From an uncultured Pelagibacteraceae bacterium (GTDB lineage Bacteria; Pseudomonadota; Alphaproteobacteria; Pelagibacterales; Pelagibacteraceae): 64,000 nt of DNA. The position numbers and the translations under genes were made by a program. Every line of letters starts with the position of its first letter. Within the stretch, counting starts at the first letter, position 1. The notes beneath the pieces are model-generated. The model was given only the letters and a program-made list of their open reading frames with translations, did not search any database and was not told the origin of the DNA. The stretch spans positions 24,083 through 88,082 of the forward strand of contig CACARD010000003.1 in NCBI GenBank assembly GCA_902534735.1, given 5' to 3'. Shown piece by piece: positions 1-8,074 of the stretch.

Positions 1-244
1 CACATGTAAAAAAATCAAAGCTTACAATTTCTTTTTCTGGGAAAGTATGAAAACTAATGTGGCTTTCAGCAAGCAAAGCGACCAATGTAAATCCTTGTGG
101 CTCGAATTTATATTTAGAAATTTTTAAAACTGTTACTTTTGCTGCTTTAGCAATTTTATAAACTAACTTTTCATAGAATTCGGGACTATATTCCTTTTTA
201 GTTCCGACTATATCCAGTGTTATATGTTCTCCAACTTTTTCCAT
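1..244 (-). CDS. speD: S-adenosylmethionine decarboxylase proenzyme (5' part; runs off the window edge)
   Basis: Hand translation from ATG at 244: MEKVGEHITLDIVG...KFEPQGFTLVALLAESHISFHTFPEKEIVSFDFFTC, with the ESH self-cleavage motif. Not in the ORF track. Confidence 0.9.
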   Translation of the reverse strand, partial: MEKVGEHITLDIVGTKKEYSPEFYEKLVYKIAKAAKVTVLKISKYKFEPQGFTLVALLAESHISFHTFPEKEIVSFDFFTC

Positions 245-333
245 AAGAATCTAATAAATATCTTTTTTAACTAACGAAATTTTTTACTTCTTTCAAACAA
301 AAAACTATTATAATAATTTATCGAGGATAAACA

Positions 334-2367
334 TTGAAAAACAATTGGTCAGAAAACGAAGCTAAAAAATATATTAAAAAGTATAAGAAATTAGGTCATT
401 CTGAAGATATGGCTTTAAGAGTTTATACAACCAGGCTTCTAGGAAGAAACCCAGAGTTAGTACTACATGGTGGCGGCAATACATCAGTTAAAACTAAAAT
501 TAAAGATATAGATGGTAAATATTATGACGTTCTTTGCGTAAAAGGCAGTGGATGGGATATGGCTGAAATTGAACCAGCAGGTTTGCCAGCTGTTAAATTA
601 AATCCATTGCTTACTATGAAAAAAAAGAAAGTGCTCTCTGATGATGACATGGTAGCTTTTCAAAAAAAAAATTTGATAGATACAAAATCACCTAATCCAT
701 CAGTCGAAACTTTTTTACATGCATTTTTACCATTTAAATTTGTTGATCATACTCATTCAGATGCAATTATGAAAATCACTAATAGGCCAAATGGAGAGAT
801 GTTATCAAAAAAAATATTTGGTAAAAAAACCGCAATAGTGCCATATGTGATGCCAGGATTTAAATTAGCACAAAAAATAAATGAAGTTTATTCTAAAAAC
901 CCAAACATAAACTGTTTAATTTTATTAAACCACGGCATTTTCACATTTGCCGATAATGCAAAAGATGCTTACAGTTTAATGATTAAGTATATATCTGATG
1001 CTGAAAAAACTTTAACCAAACTAAAAAAGAAAAAAATAAAACAGATAAAGAAAACTAAATTTAATTTCTCAACTGCAGATATAGCTCCTATATTGAGAGG
1101 TCTTTTATCTGAGAAAAATGATAATAAATTTATCTTAAATTTTAAAAAAAATAGTAAGTTAGACTATTTTATTAATGGTAAAGATATAAATAGATACTCA
1201 AATGAAGGAACAGCTACCCCTGATCATGTTATAAGAGTTAAACCATTTCCTTTAGTAATATCACCAAAAGTAAACTGTACATTAGATGAATTTAAAAATT
1301 TAGCTGAAAAAAAATTCAAAGAATATAGGCAAAAATATAAAAAATATTTTGAATCTAATAAGAAAAAAACTAAAGAAAAAAAAGTAATGCTTGATACATC
1401 TCCTAGAGTAATTCTAATTCAGAATTTTGGTTTATTTACAGTAGGAGATACCTTAAAAGCTGCAAAAATTGCAGGAGATTTAACTCAAACTAATGCCAAT
1501 GTAATTTCAAGTGTTGAAGAAACATCCAGATATAAATTTTTATCGAAAAAAGACTTATTTGATGTTGAGTATTGGTCCTTGGAACAAGCAAAATTAAATA
1601 AAGCAAAAAAAGAATTGCAAGGCAACGTTGTTGTTATCACTGGTAGCACTGGTGAAATTGGTAAAGCAACCTATAAATTATTTAAAAAATACGGAGCAGA
1701 AGTTGTTTTGCTTGATATTAATAAAAGTAAGATAAATGATTTACAGACAAAAATAAGTGATCTTTGTATTCACTGTGATGTAACTAACAAACAAAGCGTA
1801 AAAAAAGCATTTAGTAAAATTTTGGAAATATATGGAGGTGTAGATATTTTGATATCTAATGCTGGTACTGCTATAGGTGGATCAATTGCAGAAGTTAATG
1901 ATGAAATACTTCGAAAAAGTTTTGAAGATAATTTTTTTTCACACCAAAATTGTGCTTCAGAGGCTGTAAAAATTATGAAAAAACAAAATATAAATGGATG
2001 TTTGTTATTTAATATATCTAAGCAATCAGTTAATCCTGGTAAAAATTTTGGACCATATGGATTGCCTAAGTCTGCGCTTTTAAATTTATGTAAACAATAT
2101 GCAGTTGATTATGGACACCTTGGCATTAGATCAAACGGTGTAAACGCTGATAGAATTAGAAGTGGTTTATTAAATGACAAAATGATTAAACAAAGAGCGA
2201 AAGCAAGAGAAGTAACCACTGATCAATATATGAGTGGTAATTTACTGTTAAGCGAAGTTAAAGCAGATGATGTGGCCAAAGCTTTTTATCATCTTGCGAT
2301 ATCAAAAAAATCAACTGGAGCAGTACTAACTGTTGATGGTGGAAATATTGCAGCTTCTTTAAGATAA
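334..2367 (+). CDS. Bifunctional class II aldolase / short-chain dehydrogenase (RhaEW/YuxG-like architecture)
   Basis: N-terminal aldolase motifs (HGGGNTS, PSVE..LH, HTH, NHG); C-terminal SDR (TGSTGEIG, SNAG, YGLPK, VDGG). TTG start with GAGG upstream. Confidence 0.85.
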   Translation: MKNNWSENEAKKYIKKYKKLGHSEDMALRVYTTRLLGRNPELVLHGGGNTSVKTKIKDIDGKYYDVLCVKGSGWDMAEIEPAGLPAVKLNPLLTMKKKKVLSDDDMVAFQKKNLIDTKSPNPSVETFLHAFLPFKFVDHTHSDAIMKITNRPNGEMLSKKIFGKKTAIVPYVMPGFKLAQKINEVYSKNPNINCLILLNHGIFTFADNAKDAYSLMIKYISDAEKTLTKLKKKKIKQIKKTKFNFSTADIAPILRGLLSEKNDNKFILNFKKNSKLDYFINGKDINRYSNEGTATPDHVIRVKPFPLVISPKVNCTLDEFKNLAEKKFKEYRQKYKKYFESNKKKTKEKKVMLDTSPRVILIQNFGLFTVGDTLKAAKIAGDLTQTNANVISSVEETSRYKFLSKKDLFDVEYWSLEQAKLNKAKKELQGNVVVITGSTGEIGKATYKLFKKYGAEVVLLDINKSKINDLQTKISDLCIHCDVTNKQSVKKAFSKILEIYGGVDILISNAGTAIGGSIAEVNDEILRKSFEDNFFSHQNCASEAVKIMKKQNINGCLLFNISKQSVNPGKNFGPYGLPKSALLNLCKQYAVDYGHLGIRSNGVNADRIRSGLLNDKMIKQRAKAREVTTDQYMSGNLLLSEVKADDVAKAFYHLAISKKSTGAVLTVDGGNIAASLR

Positions 2368-3444
2368 TTAATTAAATAACTTTTTTAAACCCTCAGAAGA
2401 AGCATCACAAACTCCCTTTTCAGTTATTAATGCAGTAACATATTTAGCGGGAGTTACATCAAAGGCTAAATTTAATGATTTGCTTTTTTCGGGATATATT
2501 AAAACTTTATCCACTTTATTATCTTTGTTAATTCCATCCACATGAGAAAGCTCTTTTGGATCTCTTTCTTCTATAGGAATATCTTTTGCGTTTTTTAAAT
2601 TCCAATCTATCGTTGAACTTGGTAAAGCTACGTAAAAAGGTACATTATTATCATAAGCTGCAAGAGCTTTTAAATATGTACCGATTTTATTGCACACATC
2701 TCCGTTAGATAATGTCCTATCTGTTCCAACAATACACATATCGACCTGTCCTCTTTGCATTAATATTCCACCTGTATTATCTGCTATAATTGTATTTGGA
2801 ATTTCTTCTTCATTAAGTTCATATGATGTAAGGTTTGCCCCTTGATTTCTTGGTCTAGTTTCATCAACCCAAACATGTATTGGTATTCCTTTTTTATGTG
2901 CATGATAAATAGGAGAAGTTGCTGTTCCCCAATCTATTGTAGCTAACCAACCTGCATTACAATGTGTGAGAATATTTATGGTATCTTTCTTTTTATTATA
3001 TATATCTTCAATAATATTTAATCCATTTTTACCAATACTTTCACAAAATCCCTCATCTTCTTTACAAATCTCTTTAGCTTCATTGATTGCAACATTAAAT
3101 AAATCTCCAGGCTCAACAAATGACAACTTGTTATTCATTCTATGAACTGCCCACTGAAGATTTATAGCCGTAGGCCTAGAAGCAACTAACTCTTCCGAAC
3201 TTTTTTTTATAAAATCTAAACTATTATTTTCTTTTACAGCTAGAACTAATCCAAATGCAGCTGTGCCTCCGATTAATGGAGCACCTCGAACTTCCATTGT
3301 TTTGATAGCATTTATGGCGTCTTTAACTGAATTTAATTCTTTTATTATAAATTTATGTGGAAGCTTTGTCTGATCTATAATTTTTACAACTTGTTTTTCT
3401 TCATCGAACCAAATTGTTTTATATTTAACACCATTAATTTTCAT
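2368..3444 (-). CDS. mtnA: S-methyl-5-thioribose-1-phosphate isomerase
   Basis: IDQTKLP, VRGAPLIG, RPTAINL, THCNAGWLA, ETRP, NKIGTY motifs. Confidence 0.95.
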   Translation of the reverse strand: MKINGVKYKTIWFDEEKQVVKIIDQTKLPHKFIIKELNSVKDAINAIKTMEVRGAPLIGGTAAFGLVLAVKENNSLDFIKKSSEELVASRPTAINLQWAVHRMNNKLSFVEPGDLFNVAINEAKEICKEDEGFCESIGKNGLNIIEDIYNKKKDTINILTHCNAGWLATIDWGTATSPIYHAHKKGIPIHVWVDETRPRNQGANLTSYELNEEEIPNTIIADNTGGILMQRGQVDMCIVGTDRTLSNGDVCNKIGTYLKALAAYDNNVPFYVALPSSTIDWNLKNAKDIPIEERDPKELSHVDGINKDNKVDKVLIYPEKSKSLNLAFDVTPAKYVTALITEKGVCDASSEGLKKLFN

Positions 3445-4313
3445 TAAGTAAGAACTCTTCCTGCAATTGTTTTTAATTTGTCTTTAGTTTTTTGAGTTCT
3501 TTTTTCTGGAGCAGTAATTATTGCTACATCTAAGCAATTATTAGTTGGATCATTAGGATCTATGTGATTTTCAAAGTTCTCTATCAAATATTTAATCATG
3601 TTTTTTGCTTTCGCTGCATTATCTAAAAGTACTTTAATAACTTGTTGAACATCAACATTTTCATGATCTGGATGCCAACAATCATAATCCGTTACCATCG
3701 ATACTGAAGCATATCTAATTTCAGCTTCTCTTGCGAGCTTAGCTTCTGGCATATTTGTCATTCCAATAACATCAGCTTTCCAAGATCTATATAGATTTGA
3801 CTCTGCTAATGTAGAGAATTGTGGACCTTCCATTACAACATAAGTTCCACCTCTTTGATAAGAAATATTTTCTTTTTTAATAGCATCTTCGCAAGCGTTC
3901 ATCAGCCCATTTGAAGTTGGATGTGCCATTGATACATGTGCAACGATCTCATCATCAAAAAAGGTTTTATTCCGAGCAAAAGTCCTATCGATAAACTGAT
4001 CAACAATTACAAATTTTCCTGGCGGTAAATCTTCTTTTAAAGATCCAACGGCTGAAACAGAGACTATGTCTGTAATACCAAGTTGTTTAAGTGCATCAAT
4101 ATTTGCTCTAAAATTTATTTTTGAAGGAGAAATAAAATGGCCTTTTCCGTGTCTTGGAAGAAAGTAAATTTCTTTATTATTGTATTTTGCCTTTAAAATT
4201 AAATCTGAGGGTTTTCCCCATGGAGTATTTAAATCTAAAGTTTCTCTATCTTTAAACTCTTCAACATCATATAGGCCACTTCCACCGATAATTGCTAATT
4301 TATTATTTGCCAT
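3444..4313 (-). CDS. mtnP: S-methyl-5'-thioadenosine phosphorylase
   Basis: IIGGSGLY, PRHG, EGPQFST, GMT..PEAKLARE, VTDYDCW motifs; adjacent to mtnA. Confidence 0.95.
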   Translation of the reverse strand: MANNKLAIIGGSGLYDVEEFKDRETLDLNTPWGKPSDLILKAKYNNKEIYFLPRHGKGHFISPSKINFRANIDALKQLGITDIVSVSAVGSLKEDLPPGKFVIVDQFIDRTFARNKTFFDDEIVAHVSMAHPTSNGLMNACEDAIKKENISYQRGGTYVVMEGPQFSTLAESNLYRSWKADVIGMTNMPEAKLAREAEIRYASVSMVTDYDCWHPDHENVDVQQVIKVLLDNAAKAKNMIKYLIENFENHIDPNDPTNNCLDVAIITAPEKRTQKTKDKLKTIAGRVLT

Positions 4314-4341
4314 AATACATTTTAGATTATAATTAAGTTTT

Positions 4342-4869
4342 ATGGATTTAAAAGAACATATTCGATCGATTCAAGACTATCCTAAAAAGGGAATTCTATT
4401 TAGAGACATCACAACTCTCATAAAAAATGAAAAGGCATTCAAAGAATGTATTAACCAAATTGTTGAAAGATCAAAAAAATTTAATTTTGATAAAATAGCA
4501 GCTGTAGAATCTAGAGGTTTTGTATTTGCTTCTGCTGTCTCATACATCTTAGATAAACCATTTATAATGTTAAGAAAAAAAAATAAACTGCCCGCTGATG
4601 TACATTCTGTTGATTTTGAACTAGAGTATGGAACAGCTACAATTGAAGTTCACAAAGACTCATTTAATCAAAATGATAATGTGTTAATTATTGATGACTT
4701 AATTGCAACCGGAGGCACTGCTGAAGCTGCAGCTAAACTAATAGAAATATCAAAAAGTAAGGTTGGGGGATTTATTTTTGTAATTAATCTATTTGATCTT
4801 GGTGGTACTGATAATCTTTTAAAAAAAGGATATAAAGTTGAAAATCTTTTAGATTTTCCTGGTCATTGA
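4342..4869 (+). CDS. apt: Adenine phosphoribosyltransferase
   Basis: GILFRDIT, ESRGF, LEYG and PRPP motif IIDDLIATGGT. Confidence 0.96.
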   Translation: MDLKEHIRSIQDYPKKGILFRDITTLIKNEKAFKECINQIVERSKKFNFDKIAAVESRGFVFASAVSYILDKPFIMLRKKNKLPADVHSVDFELEYGTATIEVHKDSFNQNDNVLIIDDLIATGGTAEAAAKLIEISKSKVGGFIFVINLFDLGGTDNLLKKGYKVENLLDFPGH

Positions 4870-4946
4870 TGGTAGCGGGAAGTGGGATCGAACCACTGAC
4901 CTCGGGCTTATGAGTCCCGCGCTCTAACCAACTGAGCTACCCCGCC
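4870..4946 (-). tRNA. tRNA-Met(CAU), probably elongator, with encoded CCA
   Basis: Reverse complement GGCGGGGTAGCTCAGTTGGTTAGAGCGCGGGACTCATAAGCCCGAGGTCAGTGGTTCGATCCCACTTCCCGCTACCA folds as a cloverleaf with CAT anticodon. It lacks initiator features; Ile2 is not formally excluded. Confidence 0.93.
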
Positions 4947-4994
4947 TTAAATAATTGTTGGTTTATACTACTTTTATTTTTTCATGCAAACAAG
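4890..4994. repeat. Direct repeat copy 1 (105 bp): tRNA-Met 5' 57 nt plus 48 nt of upstream promoter region
   Basis: Matches 6474-6578 with a single mismatch (4983 c vs 6567 g). Confidence 0.95.
4962..4989 (-). promoter_or_regulatory. Sigma70-type promoter of tRNA-Met (TTGCAT-N16-TATAAA); second copy at 6546-6573
   Basis: Minus strand reads TTGCAT gaaaaaataaaagtag TATAAA, ending 15 nt before the tRNA 5' end. Confidence 0.7.
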
Positions 4995-5008
4995 TTTTAT
5001 ATAATTTC

Positions 5009-5036
5009 TGATCTCAGTGTGATCTAATTGTGATCA
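5009..5036. repeat. Three TGATC boxes at 11-bp spacing (candidate recombinase arm-type sites)
   Basis: TGATC starts at 5009, 5020 and 5031; 5018-5036 is TGTGATCTAATTGTGATCA. Confidence 0.65.
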
Positions 5037-5072
5037 CTTTTCTAAAGATAAAAATTGGTTTCTATCCCGCGT

Positions 5073-6392
5073 CTAATTACAAAAAATATATAAAGTAGTT
5101 TCCTCTAAATTATTTGCTACCTTATCCCTACTGATTTTATTTTTACTACCGTTTAACTCGACCTGATTTGATAATAAAAAACTTTTTAGTAATATGCCTT
5201 TAACAGCATAATTTATAGCTTCAGTTTTACTTTTACTTAATCCAGAAACTGCAACTCCTAAAACATTTCCTGTTTCTTCATCAACAACAGGCCCTCCACT
5301 ATTACCTGGATTTAATGCAGCATCGATTTGCATTCTTGTACTATCATCATTTAAACCCTTTAGTGAACTAATTATTCCTGAAGTGAATTTAAGATCATCG
5401 CTTAAATACTTTCCAAATGGATAACCTGCAGCAATTATCTTTTGTAACTTAGAAGATGGTTTATCAGATATTCTTAAAAAATTATTTTTACTAACATCTG
5501 TTTTTAGCAATGCTAAGTCTAAATACTTATCTTGTGCAATAAGCTTTGCATCCATCTCTTTATCTTTATAATAAATTTTAGGATTGGTAGAACAACTTTC
5601 AACAACATGATAATTTGTAACTAGATGACCCTTGTTGCTCACAAAAAAAGCAGATCCTGACAATGATCCATCAGAACTTGCGATCCTTTTTTCATTTTTG
5701 CATTGTATTTTGAATGTAATCATACCTGTAAAACCATCATCACCATAATCTACTTTATGAATCACAAGTGAATTTTTAATATCTATATCAACATCATTAT
5801 CTAAAAATTTTATGTGTTTTCCTGATGCATCATCACCGTCATAGTAATTTAAATTAAATGTGTCTGTTTGAACTTTCTTTGGAATTATATCTGGTATAAT
5901 TTCTTTCTCAAAAACTTTATTTCCTCTTTTTATTTTGTGTAAAAGTTTTGGTGCAGAATTGTTCTGCACTCTTAAATTTTTATTTCTAAATTCTTTAAAA
6001 TCCTCCCAATTATTTACATTGACACCATTTATTTCTAAAATTCTATCTCCAACTTTTAATCCTTGTTTTTTAGCAGCAGATTTTTTTTCAAATTTTTTTA
6101 TAAATAAACCTTTGCCTTTTTTATTCTTAGCCATGTCAAACTGTATGCCTAGTCTTATAACTGAATTAAGTTTTATAATATGACTGATCTTTGATCTTTC
6201 TGTATCAATTATCCAATCATCTTTTTCTTTATTGTAATCGTCAAATTTATCTAAACTGACATATTTTTTTTTAGGTTTTGCATCTAATAAATAACATTCT
6301 GATAATTTAACAATTTTTGCATGACTTTTGGTGGAAATGAGAACAATTAAAAAAAAAATACTCAAAAATAATGTGATCCAATTATTTTTCAT
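5073..6392 (-). CDS. Secreted trypsin-like serine protease with a PDZ domain N-terminal to the protease domain
   Basis: Signal peptide; PDZ-like segment (LGIQF...AAKKQGLKVGDRILEING); catalytic triad TNYHVV / DLALL / GNSGGP. Confidence 0.85.
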   Translation of the reverse strand: MKNNWITLFLSIFFLIVLISTKSHAKIVKLSECYLLDAKPKKKYVSLDKFDDYNKEKDDWIIDTERSKISHIIKLNSVIRLGIQFDMAKNKKGKGLFIKKFEKKSAAKKQGLKVGDRILEINGVNVNNWEDFKEFRNKNLRVQNNSAPKLLHKIKRGNKVFEKEIIPDIIPKKVQTDTFNLNYYDGDDASGKHIKFLDNDVDIDIKNSLVIHKVDYGDDGFTGMITFKIQCKNEKRIASSDGSLSGSAFFVSNKGHLVTNYHVVESCSTNPKIYYKDKEMDAKLIAQDKYLDLALLKTDVSKNNFLRISDKPSSKLQKIIAAGYPFGKYLSDDLKFTSGIISSLKGLNDDSTRMQIDAALNPGNSGGPVVDEETGNVLGVAVSGLSKSKTEAINYAVKGILLKSFLLSNQVELNGSKNKISRDKVANNLEETTLYIFCN

Positions 6393-6411
6393 AACAAATA
6401 GACTCTACCAC

Positions 6412-6430
6412 TGTGATCTATGTGTGATCA
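6412..6430. repeat. Two TGATC boxes at 11-bp spacing, matching 5018-5036
   Basis: TGTGATCTATGTGTGATCA, 17/19 identical to 5018-5036. Confidence 0.65.
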
Positions 6431-6473
6431 AATGATTTAAGATGTTAATTTAGGTACATGGGACAAGGGAAAA

Positions 6474-6530
6474 GAACCACTGACCTCGGGCTTATGAGTC
6501 CCGCGCTCTAACCAACTGAGCTACCCCGCC
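6474..6530 (-). pseudogene. Truncated tRNA-Met copy (5' 57 nt, broken in the T-loop after GGTTC)
   Basis: Identical to 4890-4946, then diverges to TTTTCCCTTGTCCCATGTACC and cannot form the acceptor stem. Confidence 0.88.
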
Positions 6531-6578
6531 TTAAATAATTGTTGGTTTATACTACTTTTATTTTTTGATGCAAACAAG
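6474..6578. repeat. Direct repeat copy 2 (105 bp)
   Basis: Matches 4890-4994 with one mismatch. Confidence 0.95.
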
Positions 6579-6581
6579 ATT

Positions 6582-6695
6582 TCACTTGTTCTTTTTCTTA
6601 TCTTTTTTAATTTTTCGTTTTTCCTTTAGAGAAAGTTTAGCTTTTTTCATCACACTAGAGTCTTTAAATGATTTTCCACTATATCTTTTTGACAT
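6582..6695 (-). CDS. Small lysine-rich hypothetical protein (37 aa)
   Basis: Hand translation MSKRYSGKSFKDSSVMKKAKLSLKEKRKIKKDKKKNK. ATG directly follows the upstream stop (TAAATG) and the ORF fills the gap to the tRNA promoter. Confidence 0.55.
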   Translation of the reverse strand: MSKRYSGKSFKDSSVMKKAKLSLKEKRKIKKDKKKNK

Positions 6696-7145
6696 TTAAT
6701 TTATTTGTTCAAAGAACTTATCTTTTAATTGATAAGTAAAAGGATATTCTTTTCCAAGTGGTTGAAATTTAGTTTTAATTACTATTACGTTTTGCTTATC
6801 AAGTTTAAATTTCCAAGTTAATTTAATATCACCTGAAAAAACTCTTAACTTACCTAAATTTGTAAATCTCCATCCATCTTCTGAAATAACTTTTCCATCT
6901 TGGTATCTTTTATAATTTTTTTCATCAAATATATAAGTTACAACACCTTGATTCCTCTCATCTTCTAATGTTATTGCATAATTATTTAAAAATTCTGCTG
7001 TTTGGGATTTATTCAAGCTTTTCTTAGTTATAGATTTTAAAAAATCAGTAGTTTTATCAATGGTTTCATCTATTTTATCTTTGGCTATTGAGATCGATGA
7101 TAAAAAAAGAAAAATGAAAAGAATGCTAAATATTTTTTTATACAT
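6696..7145 (-). CDS. Hypothetical exported protein
   Basis: N-terminal signal peptide; co-oriented and tightly packed with its neighbours. Confidence 0.7.
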   Translation of the reverse strand: MYKKIFSILFIFLFLSSISIAKDKIDETIDKTTDFLKSITKKSLNKSQTAEFLNNYAITLEDERNQGVVTYIFDEKNYKRYQDGKVISEDGWRFTNLGKLRVFSGDIKLTWKFKLDKQNVIVIKTKFQPLGKEYPFTYQLKDKFFEQIN

Positions 7146-7150
7146 AATTT

Positions 7151-8074
7151 TTAATTTAATAAATTTATAGTAAATAAAAAAGTAAATATTGAAGCAAATG
7201 TTGAAATAAATATTGCTTTAATAATATTTTCTGGACTTACATTATATGCAGAGCACATAACAATTGAGGTGGCTCCACATGGGCCAACACTAACCAACAA
7301 AGCTCCAGCAAAATTGATTGGATTTGATAAGCTAAAAAATGTGTAACCTAAGATCAGCAAAATCAATGGTGATACAATAAGTTTCAATATTGAGATAGTA
7401 ATTGTTAATTTATTGAAAACTTTTTTTGAATAAAAAGATAGAATGATACCAATTGCAAATAAACCAACTGGCATCACACATGCAGCCAGTCTTTGAAGAA
7501 TATACTCAAATGGTGTTTCGTCTATATTGATCTTTGAAATTCTTATAATCAATCCAATTAATATTGATAATATCATCGGATTTAATATTAAATTTCTTAA
7601 AAACTGAAATAATTTAATTCTTTTTTTTACAGTAAGTTCTAAAAAGAAACTAACTATGGATAGTAAAACTACACTATCCATTAAAATAATACCTGATATT
7701 TGAGTTATCGTACTTCCTGCAAAAAATATTTCCGCAATAGGTAAGACTAATATTACGTGATTGGATAAAGCAACAGTTAAAGCCCAAATAATAGACTCCT
7801 GAATTGACCTTTTAAAAGTATTTTTAGTTAATAAAAAAGCAAATATTCCACTTGTTAACTGCATTAAAAAATATGATGAAATTTGAGATACATCTATTTC
7901 ACCAATATCACTTTGCGCAACTAGTTTTATGATTAAAGCTGGTACCGCTATATAAAATGAAAATAAATTAAATATTCTAGCCTTCTGTAAATCGAATATT
8001 TTAATATATCCTAAAATATAACCAATGAGAGTGACACCAATAAATGGAGTTAATCCTAGGAATACTTGAAACAT
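7151..8074 (-). CDS. AEC (auxin efflux carrier / malonate permease) family transporter
   Basis: About 10 TM segments; YIAVPALI, NPMILSI, PVGLFAIG, KLIVSP patterns. Confidence 0.8.
   Translation of the reverse strand: MFQVFLGLTPFIGVTLIGYILGYIKIFDLQKARIFNLFSFYIAVPALIIKLVAQSDIGEIDVSQISSYFLMQLTSGIFAFLLTKNTFKRSIQESIIWALTVALSNHVILVLPIAEIFFAGSTITQISGIILMDSVVLLSIVSFFLELTVKKRIKLFQFLRNLILNPMILSILIGLIIRISKINIDETPFEYILQRLAACVMPVGLFAIGIILSFYSKKVFNKLTITISILKLIVSPLILLILGYTFFSLSNPINFAGALLVSVGPCGATSIVMCSAYNVSPENIIKAIFISTFASIFTFLFTINLLN

Larger units (their letters stand above)
4890..6578. mobile_element. Small tRNA-Met-associated genomic islet (1584-bp repeat offset) with one cargo gene and no integrase
   Basis: Bounded by the 105-bp direct repeat. 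TGTGATCTAnnTGTGATCA boxes lie just inside both ends. Confidence 0.7.

Noticed and set aside
245-333. Possible SAM riboswitch before speD (also checked 38228-38331 before metF and egtB)
   Set aside because: The spacers are short and AT-rich, and no riboswitch consensus or stable structure was visible by eye; a covariance-model search would be needed.
5065-5076. tcccgcgtctaa resembles the tRNA segment tcccgcgctctaa
   Set aside because: Only 12 nt with a gap and overlapping the protease stop; it could be a third att scar but is not distinguishable from chance.
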